Counted from the first letter of the stretch, positions 28,969 to 39,468 are shown. The stretch: DNA of 43,996 nt from Methanolobus sp. UBA474 (GCA_002501695.1 DANZ01000069.1:456-44451), one strand, 5' to 3'. Notes: generated from the letters alone by a model not told the origin. Numbers and translations: made by a program.

Positions 28969-29883
28969 TTATATTTTTAATATGCTGTTGCGAACATTTT
29001 CTGCAGACCGCTTCAGTGCCTGCTCCTGCTCGCATGTAAGCTCAAGTTCAATTACCTCTTCTGCTCCCCTTTTCCCAATCTTCGCAGGGACGCCCAGACA
29101 AATATCCTTCAGGCCGTACTCACCGTCAAGATGGACCGATGCAGGTACTATTCTTTTTGTATCCTTGAGGATCGCTTCGGTCATGACCGCGACTGCCGCA
29201 GACGGTGCGTAGAACGCACTTCCGGTCTTCAGGTGACCCACTATCTCCGCCCCGGCATTAACGGTCCTTTGTACCAGCTTTTCAATAATGTCCTTATCCA
29301 TCAGTTGCGGCAAAGGTATTCCAGAGACTGTTGTGTATTGCGGCAGGGGCACCATGGAATCTCCATGCCCGCCAAGGACCATTGCGCTGACATCCTTTAC
29401 ATCGCATCCTATCTCTTTTGCGACAAAGGTTGCGAACCTGCTAGAATCCAGCAGCCCGCTCATTCCGAATACCCTTCCCCTTTCCTGTTGTGAGCACATC
29501 ACAGCAGCATATGTTATCACATCAAGGGGGTTTGTTACTGTCATGATGATGGCATCAGGCGTATGCTCCTGAATGTGGCCGCATACTTCCCGGATGATCT
29601 TTATGTTGGTTGCAAGCAGGTCGTCCCTGTCCATCCCGGGCTTCCGGGCGATACCCGCAGTAATAATAACAATATCAGAATCATCGATATCCCTGTAATC
29701 ATTAGTACCTGCGATGTCTACATTGTATCCCATGATGGGTGCTGCCTGGGCGATATCCAGTGATTTGCCCTGCGCCAGGCCTTCCACAACATCCAGCATC
29801 ACAACATCCGCAATATCAAGTTCCGCAAGGCGCTGCGCTGTCGTAGCCCCCACGTTCCCGGCTCCTATTATTGAGACCTTCAT
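28969..29883 (-). CDS. mdh: Malate dehydrogenase (LDH-like)
   Basis: IIGAGNVG, TAGIARKPGMDRDDL, NPLD, LDSSRF, GGHGD. Confidence 0.93.
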   Translation of the reverse strand: MKVSIIGAGNVGATTAQRLAELDIADVVMLDVVEGLAQGKSLDIAQAAPIMGYNVDIAGTNDYRDIDDSDIVIITAGIARKPGMDRDDLLATNIKIIREVCGHIQEHTPDAIIMTVTNPLDVITYAAVMCSQQERGRVFGMSGLLDSSRFATFVAKEIGCDVKDVSAMVLGGHGDSMVPLPQYTTVSGIPLPQLMDKDIIEKLVQRTVNAGAEIVGHLKTGSAFYAPSAAVAVMTEAILKDTKRIVPASVHLDGEYGLKDICLGVPAKIGKRGAEEVIELELTCEQEQALKRSAENVRNSILKI

Positions 29884-30047
29884 ACATTATCACTAATCAG
29901 TTATCAAGTTCCATTTATAAGTTCATGCCTTTAAGTCTTTATCTCTGACCCAGAGGGCATTATGTAAAGAATGGTCGTATTTGTAAATTTCCCGGTGGAA
30001 CGTTATGATTTATCATATATGAGACCCAACAGATGAAGTGAAAACAC

Positions 30048-30803
30048 ATGCTTACCAGTACATACATCCATATTCCCCGGGTAGGTACCACGGTGGAGAA
30101 AAAGATATGGGCAAGCGGCATCAGGACATGGGATGAGTTCCTAAGCCGAAAGGATGACCTTCCCATCCCACGGTCCAGGATAGAGCTTATCACTCCCGGA
30201 ATAGAGGAGTCCAGGGAAAGGTTGCTTTGCCGGGACTGCGGATTTTTTGCCAGGTCCCTTCCGGGAGCTGAGCACTGGCGCGCATTTCCTGAACTGGGGG
30301 ATAAAGTGGCTTATGTGGATATTGAGACCACCGGGCTCTCCCCCGGTCATTCGCACATCACGGTCATCGGCATATACGATGGAAAAGAGGCAAAGACATT
30401 CGTCCGGGATATTGACATGGATGACATCGTGGAAGAGTTCGAGAAATACGATTTCCTTGTCACCTTTAACGGAGCAAGGTTCGATCTTCCTTTTATCAGG
30501 CGGGAGTTCCCGCAGGCTGACCTGGACAAGCTTCATGCAGACCTGATGTATCCCCTGAGGCGCATCTCCCTGACAGGGGGCCTTAAAAAGATAGAGGTGG
30601 AGCTTGGCATCACCAGAAGCGAGGACGTTGCAGGGATTACCGGCTTTGACGCGGTGCGCCTGTGGCATCAGTACGAGAGAGGAGACCAGGAAGCCCTTGA
30701 ACTGCTCCTGGAATACAACCGGGCAGATATTGTAAATCTTGAGACGATAATGCAGATGACCCTTCCCAGATTCATAGACAACAAGTTTGCAGACTGCATC
30801 TGA
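30048..30803 (+). CDS. RNase H-like DEDD 3'-5' exonuclease (YprB-like)
   Basis: YVDIETTGL, TFNGARFDLPFI, GGLKKIE, YNRADI. Confidence 0.85.
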   Translation: MLTSTYIHIPRVGTTVEKKIWASGIRTWDEFLSRKDDLPIPRSRIELITPGIEESRERLLCRDCGFFARSLPGAEHWRAFPELGDKVAYVDIETTGLSPGHSHITVIGIYDGKEAKTFVRDIDMDDIVEEFEKYDFLVTFNGARFDLPFIRREFPQADLDKLHADLMYPLRRISLTGGLKKIEVELGITRSEDVAGITGFDAVRLWHQYERGDQEALELLLEYNRADIVNLETIMQMTLPRFIDNKFADCI

Positions 30804-30804
30804 T

Positions 30805-32607
30805 ATGGTTACTGACCTGAGTAAGATACCTGATTCTCCTGGCGTATATCTAATGAAAGATGTATCAGGGGATATTATCTATGTAGGGAAGGCTATTTCC
30901 CTTTCCCGAAGGGTACGCTCTTATTTCCAGTCCTCTGCCAGTCATACGCCCAAGACAAAGGTGCTTGTCAGGCAGATAGAGGATATCGAATTCATCCTGA
31001 CTGATACCGAAATAGACGCTCTTGTACTTGAGGCGAACCTTATCAAAAAATATAAGCCCCGATACAATGTGCGGCTGAAGGATGACAAACGCTATCCTTA
31101 TATCAAGGTCACTGTCAGTGAGAAGTTCCCGCGCATATTCATGACCCGCAGGAGGCTGATGGATAATGCCCTCTATTTTGGTCCCTATACCAACTCAAGG
31201 GCTATTCGCAGCACCCTGGAGCTTATATCCGGGATATTCCAGTTGCGCAAGTGCAGAAAACCTATCCAGCCAGGCAAGACCAGACCCTGTCTCAATTATC
31301 ACATAAAGCTCTGTACTGCTCCGTGCAGGGGAGCAATGGAAGAGGAAGAATACAGGGCGCGTATCATGCAGGCCGTGCGTTTTCTGAAAGGCGACACCTC
31401 GGGCCTGCTAAAGCAGCTGGAAGATAGGATGCAGTTGCTTGCACAGCAGCAGGATTATGAATCTGCCGCCGAGGTCCGTGACCAGATAGAAGGAGTGAGA
31501 TGCCTCACCCAGCAGCAGATAGCAACATCAGGTACGGATGACCGGGATGTTATTGCAGCGGTATCTGATGAGTCCGTGGTGTTCCTCCAGATATTCTACA
31601 TAAGGCACGGAAGCATGGTTGGGAAGGCTGATTTCTCTCTTGTCGGGGCCGAAGGCTCCAAAGAGATACCTGAAGCCCTTGCTACATTTATCAAGCAGTA
31701 TTATCAGGATTCTCCTATTCCTCCGGAGATACTTGTGCAATATGAGGTACCCGAGAAAGAACTTATCATGACCTGGCTTAGCGGCAGGTCCGGCAGGGAA
31801 GTAAAACTGCACGTACCGCAAAAAGGTGACAAGAAAAAGATGCTTGATATGGCTGTCCGTAATGCAGAAATGGCTATGAGGGTGGCTGAGCTTAGAACCG
31901 GCCCGGCAGAGGCTTCACAGGCTGCGCTCCAGGAGCTCCGCGAAGTCCTGTCGCTTGAGAGGCTCCCGCAGTATATAGAGGGTTTTGATATCTCCAACAT
32001 ATCCGGCACCAATGCCGTAGGCTCGATGGTGGTCTTCGAGAACGGAGCACCTTCCAACAGTAAGTACCGCCAGCACAACATCAGGACTGTGCAGGGCATA
32101 GATGACTTTGCAATGATGGCCGAGGTTGTTAACCGCAGGTACGCGCGCCTTGTGAGGGAGGACATGCCGCTGCCCGATCTTATCCTCATTGACGGGGGTC
32201 CGGGGCAGGTAGGAGCGGCGAAAGCCTCCCTGGATTCTCTTGGTCTTGACATCCCCCTCATAGGCCTTGCAAAGCGCTTCGAGCATATCATCACTCCTCA
32301 TAAAGGCCCATCAGAGGTGATCATACTTCCGAAGACCTCTCCCGCGCTGAAGCTCCTGATGTACATCCGGGACGAAGCCCATCGCTTTGCTGTGACATCC
32401 CATCGCCGCAGGAGATCTGCGACGCTGACACATTCCGAGCTGGACGCGATACCTGGCATTGGTCCCGGGAAGAAGAAACTATTGCTCAAGCACTTTGGAT
32501 CTGTGGAACATATAAGGTCCGCTTCCTTAGAAGCCCTGATGGGTGTAAAAGGAATAAACAGGACAATCGCAGAGCGTATTCATGAGCATCTTGCGACCCA
32601 AAATTAA
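30805..32607 (+). CDS. uvrC: Excinuclease ABC subunit C
   Basis: GIY-YIG (PGVYLM..IIYVGKA), UVR domain, FDISN, DGGPGQ, RDEAHRFA, C-terminal HhH. Confidence 0.95.
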   Translation: MVTDLSKIPDSPGVYLMKDVSGDIIYVGKAISLSRRVRSYFQSSASHTPKTKVLVRQIEDIEFILTDTEIDALVLEANLIKKYKPRYNVRLKDDKRYPYIKVTVSEKFPRIFMTRRRLMDNALYFGPYTNSRAIRSTLELISGIFQLRKCRKPIQPGKTRPCLNYHIKLCTAPCRGAMEEEEYRARIMQAVRFLKGDTSGLLKQLEDRMQLLAQQQDYESAAEVRDQIEGVRCLTQQQIATSGTDDRDVIAAVSDESVVFLQIFYIRHGSMVGKADFSLVGAEGSKEIPEALATFIKQYYQDSPIPPEILVQYEVPEKELIMTWLSGRSGREVKLHVPQKGDKKKMLDMAVRNAEMAMRVAELRTGPAEASQAALQELREVLSLERLPQYIEGFDISNISGTNAVGSMVVFENGAPSNSKYRQHNIRTVQGIDDFAMMAEVVNRRYARLVREDMPLPDLILIDGGPGQVGAAKASLDSLGLDIPLIGLAKRFEHIITPHKGPSEVIILPKTSPALKLLMYIRDEAHRFAVTSHRRRRSATLTHSELDAIPGIGPGKKKLLLKHFGSVEHIRSASLEALMGVKGINRTIAERIHEHLATQN

Positions 32608-32681
32608 AATATCTTGGGCCCCTACTTCCATATAGGAAGTTTGGAAGTTAAGCCGAGCTAATATTTCAAGGGTGAGTTAAA

Positions 32682-33416
32682 ATGGGAAATGAACTTGACT
32701 TTTATGGCAACATCATTACTCCTGGTGTCCGGATGCTTTACGATATGGACGAGGTCCTCTTTGACAGGGAATGGCTCAGGTCGGCAGATAATATGGAACT
32801 GTACTACATGTACCGGGACCTGTACCGGGACAACTCGGATCACGAGGTCATCAGAGAACACAATCTCAGTTATGATATCACAGTCATCCCGCCCAGGATG
32901 CTGGGGAGGGAATATGTCAAGACTGCCGGCCATTATCATCCCCATGTTCCGGGAACCGGGCTCTCATATACAGAGGTATACCAGGTGCTTGAGGGAAAAG
33001 CTACCTATCTGCTGCAAAAGCAGGAAGGGGAAAGGATCACAGATGTGATGGTCTACAATGCAAATAAGGGGGATTGTGTGCTCATTCCTCCGGATTACGG
33101 GCACATAACCATCAACTCTTCGGGTGAGACCCTGAAGATGGCAAATTGGGTGCACAGGGACTTCTCTTCGATCTATGATACTATCCGGAAGCTTTCAGGC
33201 GGAGCTTACTACCTGCTTGCGGAAGGTTTTGTTAAGAACGCCAGCTATCAGGATGTTCCTCCTATCAGGTTCATGAATGTTATGGACTATCCCGAGCTGG
33301 GACTTTTCGCAGGAAAAGACATGTACGGCCTTGTCACTGATATTTCCAGACTGGAATTCCTTGGAGAGCCGCAGGACTACGCGTCCGTGTTCGAGAAAGC
33401 TATTTCCGGAAAGTAA
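32682..33416 (+). CDS. Cupin-type (archaeal) glucose-6-phosphate isomerase
   Basis: YDITVIPP..LG.EYVKTAGHYH, EVYQVLEG, IPPDYGHITIN. Confidence 0.85.
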   Translation: MGNELDFYGNIITPGVRMLYDMDEVLFDREWLRSADNMELYYMYRDLYRDNSDHEVIREHNLSYDITVIPPRMLGREYVKTAGHYHPHVPGTGLSYTEVYQVLEGKATYLLQKQEGERITDVMVYNANKGDCVLIPPDYGHITINSSGETLKMANWVHRDFSSIYDTIRKLSGGAYYLLAEGFVKNASYQDVPPIRFMNVMDYPELGLFAGKDMYGLVTDISRLEFLGEPQDYASVFEKAISGK

Positions 33417-33476
33417 CTGTTTAATTGTACGAACATATAAATGGTCCGAGCTATTAGAACGGTTAGAGGTGTGTAG

Positions 33477-34229
33477 TTGCAAAAAAAGAGCCGTATACAA
33501 TTTACTTCTGCCAAGATAGAGGACCTGATGTTCAGGACTACCTTTAACTCCCGTACACGGGAGGGCGATGTCATAGTTAACCTGTCCCTGATCAACAGCA
33601 AGGATTATGATGATGTCATCCGGATATTCAGTCTGGCTGCCAACAGCGGCCTTGCGGTGAGCCCGATGATAAAGGTCCTCCGTGAAGGTGATACGATCGG
33701 CGACATGACCATAGGGAAAGACGAGGTTGGTTTTGCAACTATATGCAGTATAACTATCGACGGCATTCTCCTTAAAGCAGGCGTGATGATAAAGCCCCTG
33801 TTTGGAGGCCTGGTGGAGATAAGGGAGGGCCTTCCTGTACGCTTTACCAATGTGCTCACGTATAAAAGCACCACCATTGACCCGCTGGAAGTATTGATGT
33901 CACAGGAACTGACGTCTGTCATGGAAATGATCAGGACAGGGACAGGCAAGATACTTGCGAACTTAAGGGAAGCTCCCATGATAGCACGGGATATCATTGA
34001 CAGTACGCTCTCCGATATGGTGGAGGCAGGCATAACCGGCATCCTTGAGGTTGGCGAGCCCAATACCCGGATACTGGATGTACCTGTAGAAAGGGACCAT
34101 CTGGGTATCGTGGTCATAGGTGGAACGAATCCGATGGCGATCGTCCAGGAGCACGGCATCCCCATCAGGACCAATGCAATGTCCACAATGATGAGTTTCA
34201 GCGAGATGAAACACATCAGGGATATGTGA
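33477..34229 (+). CDS. nrpRII: NrpR regulatory-domain (DUF128) protein without HTH, NrpRII-like
   Basis: [40 protein letters not shown]; TTG start after GAGGTG; no N-terminal wHTH. Confidence 0.8.
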   Translation: MQKKSRIQFTSAKIEDLMFRTTFNSRTREGDVIVNLSLINSKDYDDVIRIFSLAANSGLAVSPMIKVLREGDTIGDMTIGKDEVGFATICSITIDGILLKAGVMIKPLFGGLVEIREGLPVRFTNVLTYKSTTIDPLEVLMSQELTSVMEMIRTGTGKILANLREAPMIARDIIDSTLSDMVEAGITGILEVGEPNTRILDVPVERDHLGIVVIGGTNPMAIVQEHGIPIRTNAMSTMMSFSEMKHIRDM

Positions 34230-34285
34230 ACCTGCAGGCGATGCAGTATATGTGCTTTACACGCATCTCAACGCATCTTTAGTAT

Positions 34286-35668
34286 TCATACACGGCCTGA
34301 TGTCTGTGTGGCTATGATCGCATTCAGCCGTTCAATGAACTCTTCCTTTTTTCCAAAAGGCACTGTTGCGCCGGCAGCAATATCGTGTCCGCCTCCGGCA
34401 CCTCCGATCTCCTGGCATACCTGGCTGATGGCCTCTGAAAGATTGAGCCCTCTGTTCACCAGCTCCTGTGTGCCCCGCGCAGACACTTTATAGCCGTCAT
34501 CCTTGTCTGCAAATGCCACTATGGGAAGACGCCGGTTGCCGGACGCATGGCTCATGCCCGCCACTATTCCCACTATGGTTTCAGGTATGCTGCTGCCTGC
34601 ATCGAAGTACTGCAGGTGTGATAATTGTGTTACTCCCCTCTCTTTTACAAAATTAAGCCCGTCCACAAGGTTCTTGCGATGCTCAGCTAACAGTTTCTTC
34701 GAGTCCTCGTATGCCTCTCCCCTGTCCCCCATGCAGACAGCCATTCCTATCTCAGCCTTCATGTATCTCCCGGTTGCATTGAGCAGGGTCGCATACTCGC
34801 TGGCATCTCTCATTTCTGTGCCTTCCTTCTCCCGCAGGAGTATGTAACATTCGCCGACAAGACGGTTGACGCTGTATGATGAGAGGCCGTTCTGCACCGA
34901 GTACTGTAGAAGAGATGATGTCACCTTTATCCTCTCCTCATCGGAAAGGTCTATCCACCTGCGCCATCTCTCATCTTCTGCACAGCGGAACCCTATCTTC
35001 TTAAGGAACTCTATGCATGCGTCCTCATTGCCTGTAAGTCCGGGCAGGTAAGGGTCAGAAGAATACTGCAGCATTTTATATACGGGCCTGGTCTGCTTGC
35101 CGAACAGGGATATGTCCGTCTTTGATGTTATCACGTCAGGATTTGCATTGAGTATCTCCCGGTTGAGGCTCACGAGTTTCCCATATTTACGGTACTGCAT
35201 GTCCCCGATACATCCGACGATCGCAAGATCTGCAAGGTCCCTGTTGCCTCCCAGCTGGCCCGCAAGTATGAATGCAGCTCCCGAACCGCTTATCTCAAAC
35301 GAACCATTTGCTCCGAAAAGATGAGGATTCAGATGCAGTTCCATGTCTCCCTGAGGGCGATGATGGTCAGCGATCACCGCATGCAGGCCATATTTATTGA
35401 TGTGCTCTATCTGCCCGCTGCCAAGATCTGTGAATATCACGAGTTCCGGGTTATTGTCTGCAAGCTCCCGGACGATGGCCTCATCAAGCTGCTTTACAAA
35501 TAGCATATTGTATTCGATCCCTGCCCTTTCCATTGCCCTGGCAATGATGGCTGCGGAGCTTATCCCGTCAGCATCGATATGTGACACAAGCTGTACTTCT
35601 TTATGTTTCCTGATCTCTTCCGCGCACCTTGAGGCACGCTGAGCCATCTGTATCATTGTTTCAGACAT
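34286..35668 (-). CDS. DHH/DHHA1 phosphoesterase, RecJ/Cdc45-like nuclease
   Basis: SHIDADG, TDLGSG, DHH, SARG, GGGHDIAAGA. Confidence 0.9.
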   Translation of the reverse strand: MSETMIQMAQRASRCAEEIRKHKEVQLVSHIDADGISSAAIIARAMERAGIEYNMLFVKQLDEAIVRELADNNPELVIFTDLGSGQIEHINKYGLHAVIADHHRPQGDMELHLNPHLFGANGSFEISGSGAAFILAGQLGGNRDLADLAIVGCIGDMQYRKYGKLVSLNREILNANPDVITSKTDISLFGKQTRPVYKMLQYSSDPYLPGLTGNEDACIEFLKKIGFRCAEDERWRRWIDLSDEERIKVTSSLLQYSVQNGLSSYSVNRLVGECYILLREKEGTEMRDASEYATLLNATGRYMKAEIGMAVCMGDRGEAYEDSKKLLAEHRKNLVDGLNFVKERGVTQLSHLQYFDAGSSIPETIVGIVAGMSHASGNRRLPIVAFADKDDGYKVSARGTQELVNRGLNLSEAISQVCQEIGGAGGGHDIAAGATVPFGKKEEFIERLNAIIATQTSGRV

Positions 35669-35674
35669 CTTTCC

Positions 35675-36175
35675 TCATGATAGCATCCTTGAGCCGTTCT
35701 TCCATCCCTGCGGATCGATAACATATTTATTCCCTGTTCTCTCCATCCTGCAGAACTCCTGGATCTCTCCTATTGTGAATTTTGTCATATCGTCCTGATG
35801 GAACCTGTCATTAAGCACGTTCCAGGGTATGATATAAGCTTCTCTGGAGTGTCCTGCTCCCATTTTAAGTTCAATTGCAAGGAAGCCTGTTCTCCCGGAA
35901 CGCCTCAGGAAATCCGATATCCTGTCTATCTGGTGCGCTCCGTTCTTATCGGTCGTGAAGTGCTGGGTGAAATATAATGCCTTTGCCCCCTTGTCGACAG
36001 ATATGCTCTTGCACTCTATGCCCAGGTAGTAGTCAGGATTCAGCGAATCCACAAGCACATCAAGGAACTGCGGAGTGAACCTGTGCTGTTTAAGGCGATG
36101 AGCTATGCCTCTTATATTCTGTTCTTCAAAATATCTATTGAACGACTGGACAAGTACTCTCTCAAACTCTGTCAT
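35675..36175 (-). CDS. PD-(D/E)XK nuclease resembling RecU/Hjc junction resolvases
   Basis: FE near N-terminus, DVLVD, IECKS, HQI, then GFLAIEL. Confidence 0.6.
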   Translation of the reverse strand: MTEFERVLVQSFNRYFEEQNIRGIAHRLKQHRFTPQFLDVLVDSLNPDYYLGIECKSISVDKGAKALYFTQHFTTDKNGAHQIDRISDFLRRSGRTGFLAIELKMGAGHSREAYIIPWNVLNDRFHQDDMTKFTIGEIQEFCRMERTGNKYVIDPQGWKNGSRMLS

Positions 36176-36272
36176 ACAAGACCTGCTTTTTTAGGGATAA
36201 GAGGACCTGATAACTTAAAAATACTATGTCCCGGCGTTAACTTGATGTACTTTATCCTTCAATTATCCGGGG

Positions 36273-36452
36273 ATGAATAAGAGAAACGCAGAAATAATAT
36301 CCTCAGTGGGCTCAGTGGTCCTGCTGGCAATACTTTTCATTATTGTTCACCAATATATTCCCCAGTCCCAGGAATATGGTTTTGTTGCTTCGCTTGTGAT
36401 CTTTATAGTAGTTGTTTCCCTGGTAGGCCTCAAACTGAACAGGATGGAATGA
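36273..36452 (+). CDS. Small two-TM membrane protein, 59 aa (MNKRNAEIISSVGSVVLLAILFIIVHQYIPQSQEYGFVASLVIFIVVVSLVGLKLNRME)
   Basis: Open frame just under the track cutoff; two hydrophobic helices; ends 13 nt before yjbQ. Confidence 0.7.
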   Translation: MNKRNAEIISSVGSVVLLAILFIIVHQYIPQSQEYGFVASLVIFIVVVSLVGLKLNRME

Positions 36453-36465
36453 CAGGGGATGTACA

Positions 36466-36885
36466 ATGGCCGTATTTACCGGATATGTGGACCTTGATAC
36501 ACAAGGAGATACTGATATCATAGATGTGACCTCCCGTGTTGCGGGCATCGTCGCATCATCCGGAATAAAAGATGGCATTGTGCTGGTATTTGCATCCGGT
36601 TCCACTTCTGCGATAACTACCCTTGAGTATGAGCCCGGCCTTGTTTTCGACCTGCGGGAGGCTCTGGAGCGTCTTGTTCCCCGGGATATGTATTACAAGC
36701 ATCATGAAAGATGGCATGACGGGAACGGTCATTCTCACATAAGGGCTTCGATGCTCGGACAAAGCAAGTCTTTCCCGGTGATAAATGGGAACATCCTGCT
36801 GGGTACGTGGCAGCAGATAGTGTTCATAGACATGGACAATCGTCCGCGTTCAAGGCAGGTAGTTGTCCAGGTCTGCGGAGAATAG
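36466..36885 (+). CDS. yjbQ: YjbQ/UPF0047 family protein
   Basis: NGHSHIRAS and LGTWQQIVF.D.D.RPR.R. Confidence 0.9.
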   Translation: MAVFTGYVDLDTQGDTDIIDVTSRVAGIVASSGIKDGIVLVFASGSTSAITTLEYEPGLVFDLREALERLVPRDMYYKHHERWHDGNGHSHIRASMLGQSKSFPVINGNILLGTWQQIVFIDMDNRPRSRQVVVQVCGE

Positions 36886-36970
36886 GCATAAGCCGGAAAG
36901 GGTAATATCCTGAAACATAACAAAGACCCCGATTCCGGGAATCAGGATCTCTTTTAGGTCATTGTGGTTC

Positions 36971-37372
36971 TCAGTTGTTCTGCTTGACCAGGAATTTGAC
37001 GAAATCAGGGCTCAGTCTTGTTTCCCTGACCATCTTGTCCTCGATCTCTTCATCTGACATTCCGTCCGCCCTGTACTGGTCGATACGGTCATAGACACTC
37101 TGTGAGACCTCGGAGTATTCATTGATATCCTTTCTGTGTCCCCATACGTCTCCTTCAAGAAGGTCGATCCCCTGCATCTCAAGGTACATCCTGGCGGAAT
37201 TTGAAATGGTCCTTTTATAGGAGCTTGGGATATGCAATGCCTTTACATTGGGGCACTTCAGGACAAGGGAGAATATGTCTGTGTTAGAAGGCCTGAATGC
37301 AAGGTGTACGATCTCCTCATTTGGTCCAAGTGTATTGATCTCATCTTTTGAGCTTACTACTCTTATTTTCAT
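36971..37372 (-). CDS. DUF1699 family protein
   Basis: MKIRVVSSKDEI..HLAFRPSN.D..EGDVWGHRKDINEY signature. Confidence 0.85.
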   Translation of the reverse strand: MKIRVVSSKDEINTLGPNEEIVHLAFRPSNTDIFSLVLKCPNVKALHIPSSYKRTISNSARMYLEMQGIDLLEGDVWGHRKDINEYSEVSQSVYDRIDQYRADGMSDEEIEDKMVRETRLSPDFVKFLVKQNN

Positions 37373-37912
37373 TTTTGATCACCATATACTTTGTGCTTTA
37401 AGTACTATATATTTCAAAATGCACATATTATTTTGTCAATAACGATGCAGCATTTTACCAAGTAATTATTTAGTGTATATACAAAGTTTTATTTAAAGGT
37501 TGCTAATCATATAACATTATACCAATGATATAAATTAGTTTAATCGTATAAATAATTAATTTTTGTTTACTGTTCGGATCTCATAAATGGATTCTAAGGA
37601 CATCGGCCCTGATAACCTGCTTGTGATCCTGATACTACCTATATATAATTTAATATTATAATTTTATGTTTTCTATAATTCTTATCGGGTATTTCCTGCG
37701 TTCTTTACGGTATTATATTAAGTTTTATCTGCCTTGCCTCAAATATAAGGACAGTGATGCATACAATAACAGTAATCTGTATTTAAGTTTTCCCGCCTTG
37801 CATAAGCAAACCCCCCCGGATTCCTTTTAGCAAGGTCATGTAAACCTATATATAAAAAAACGACATTCCCTGCTTAGTTATGCCGCCACATGCACTAAGT
37901 CTTAGGACTAAA

Positions 37913-38695
37913 ATGAACACTAAGTTCATCTATCTGCTTTTTGGTGTCATCCTTACTTATTTTTCAAGCTACCTGCCCGATCTGGCAGGCGTGGTGGGAA
38001 TCGAGGAAACGCACATAAGTTCCATAGTTGCGTTCGGTTCATTGAATGGCATGCTCTTCGGCCCTGTCTGGGGCGCCATTGTTTCCGGCACAGGCATGCT
38101 GTTGCATGAACTCAACACTCCCGGTTATATCAGCAAGAACGCTTTCAAAGTGCTGTCCCCTTTTTTTATAATGCTGTGCTCTGTAGTATCAGGCCTGATA
38201 GTTCAAAGGAAACATCGCATGGCCATCAGTATCTATGGGTCCCTGATATTCATCTGGTACTCTACGGACGTGGGCAGGGAAGCATTCTATTATCCCTGGT
38301 TCCATATAATTGCACTTATGGCTTTTCTGATAGTAGGGAAATATACCACACAGTCTATCTACTCAAAAACTTATATTTTCATATATCTGCTGTTCGCAGC
38401 CCTGCTAGGTGTCATGTCGGACCACCTGGCGGGCTCTATTGCCTACTCCTATATCTATGATCTGCCTGCAACCGCATTTGCTTCTGCAGTGATGCTCTAT
38501 CCTGCGGAACGCATCATACTGGCGTTAAGCGCGGCTTTTATTGCATTCTTCCTTTTATGTATATATAAAGATATAATCCTCTCTTCAGGCAACCTGAGAG
38601 AAGATGTCAACAATATCCGGTCGCAGGAAATGGAAGAATATCTGCAATGCGACGTACTCCCTCTGATAAAAAGCGAGGACAAGGGACGTCGCTGA
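37913..38695 (+). CDS. Polytopic membrane protein, ECF S-component-like
   Basis: About seven TM segments; GMLFGPVWGAI motif; YPAERII near C-terminus. Confidence 0.6.
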   Translation: MNTKFIYLLFGVILTYFSSYLPDLAGVVGIEETHISSIVAFGSLNGMLFGPVWGAIVSGTGMLLHELNTPGYISKNAFKVLSPFFIMLCSVVSGLIVQRKHRMAISIYGSLIFIWYSTDVGREAFYYPWFHIIALMAFLIVGKYTTQSIYSKTYIFIYLLFAALLGVMSDHLAGSIAYSYIYDLPATAFASAVMLYPAERIILALSAAFIAFFLLCIYKDIILSSGNLREDVNNIRSQEMEEYLQCDVLPLIKSEDKGRR

Positions 38696-38712
38696 CCCGC
38701 GCAGGCCATAGC

Positions 38713-39468
38713 CTAGTGAAAACATTCAAGTTTCTGTTTTATGGCGTAGATAGCTCTGGAAAATTCATGTTCCTGATCTGAAAGGGCCAGTATCTCATCG
38801 TGACGCGTTGCTATGTTGCACATGCAGGGTATTGTCGCAAGCACCGGTATTTCAGAGTTTTCCTGCTCTGCTATCTTTCCGTCCAGGGAGCAGTGGTGCA
38901 TGTTATTGACAATGACACATCTTTTGTTAAGGCACTTATATACTCCGTTATAAAGCTGCTCCGTACACTCAAAACAGGATCTAGTGGAATTCTTCATTAT
39001 CAATACGATATCACTGGCTGCAACAGCGTTTATAGATTCATATTCCACGCCCGGTCCTGTATCAAATATAATTACATCTGTCTCGTTCCTGATAAGCTCT
39101 TTTTTTCCGATAATGATATTCTTCAGTGCATTGGATTGCCATTTCCTGTCCTTGCTTGCAAGTTCACGTATTTCGTTTATATCCGGGTTTGAATAGCCTA
39201 CAGAGAGTTTCCCACGGATCTTCAATTCTCCGCTTACGTCATAAATTATCTCATTGATCCCTCTTTTCCCCGAAAGCAGATCATTGACCCAGAAAGATAC
39301 ACTGTCTGGATCCGGTTTGAAATATGTGCACAGGGAAGGTCCTCTCATATCCATGTCCAGAAGGCATACTTTCATACCATCGAGAGCATAAGCTGCGGCA
39401 AGATTTACTGCAATACTGGTTTTACCAGTCCCGCCTTTTGCTGAATGTACCGCTATTGTAAAGGTCAT
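38713..39468 (-). CDS. MinD/ParA family ATPase
   Basis: Deviant Walker A KGGTGKTS, LLDMD, FDTGPG. Confidence 0.85.
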   Translation of the reverse strand: MTFTIAVHSAKGGTGKTSIAVNLAAAYALDGMKVCLLDMDMRGPSLCTYFKPDPDSVSFWVNDLLSGKRGINEIIYDVSGELKIRGKLSVGYSNPDINEIRELASKDRKWQSNALKNIIIGKKELIRNETDVIIFDTGPGVEYESINAVAASDIVLIMKNSTRSCFECTEQLYNGVYKCLNKRCVIVNNMHHCSLDGKIAEQENSEIPVLATIPCMCNIATRHDEILALSDQEHEFSRAIYAIKQKLECFH

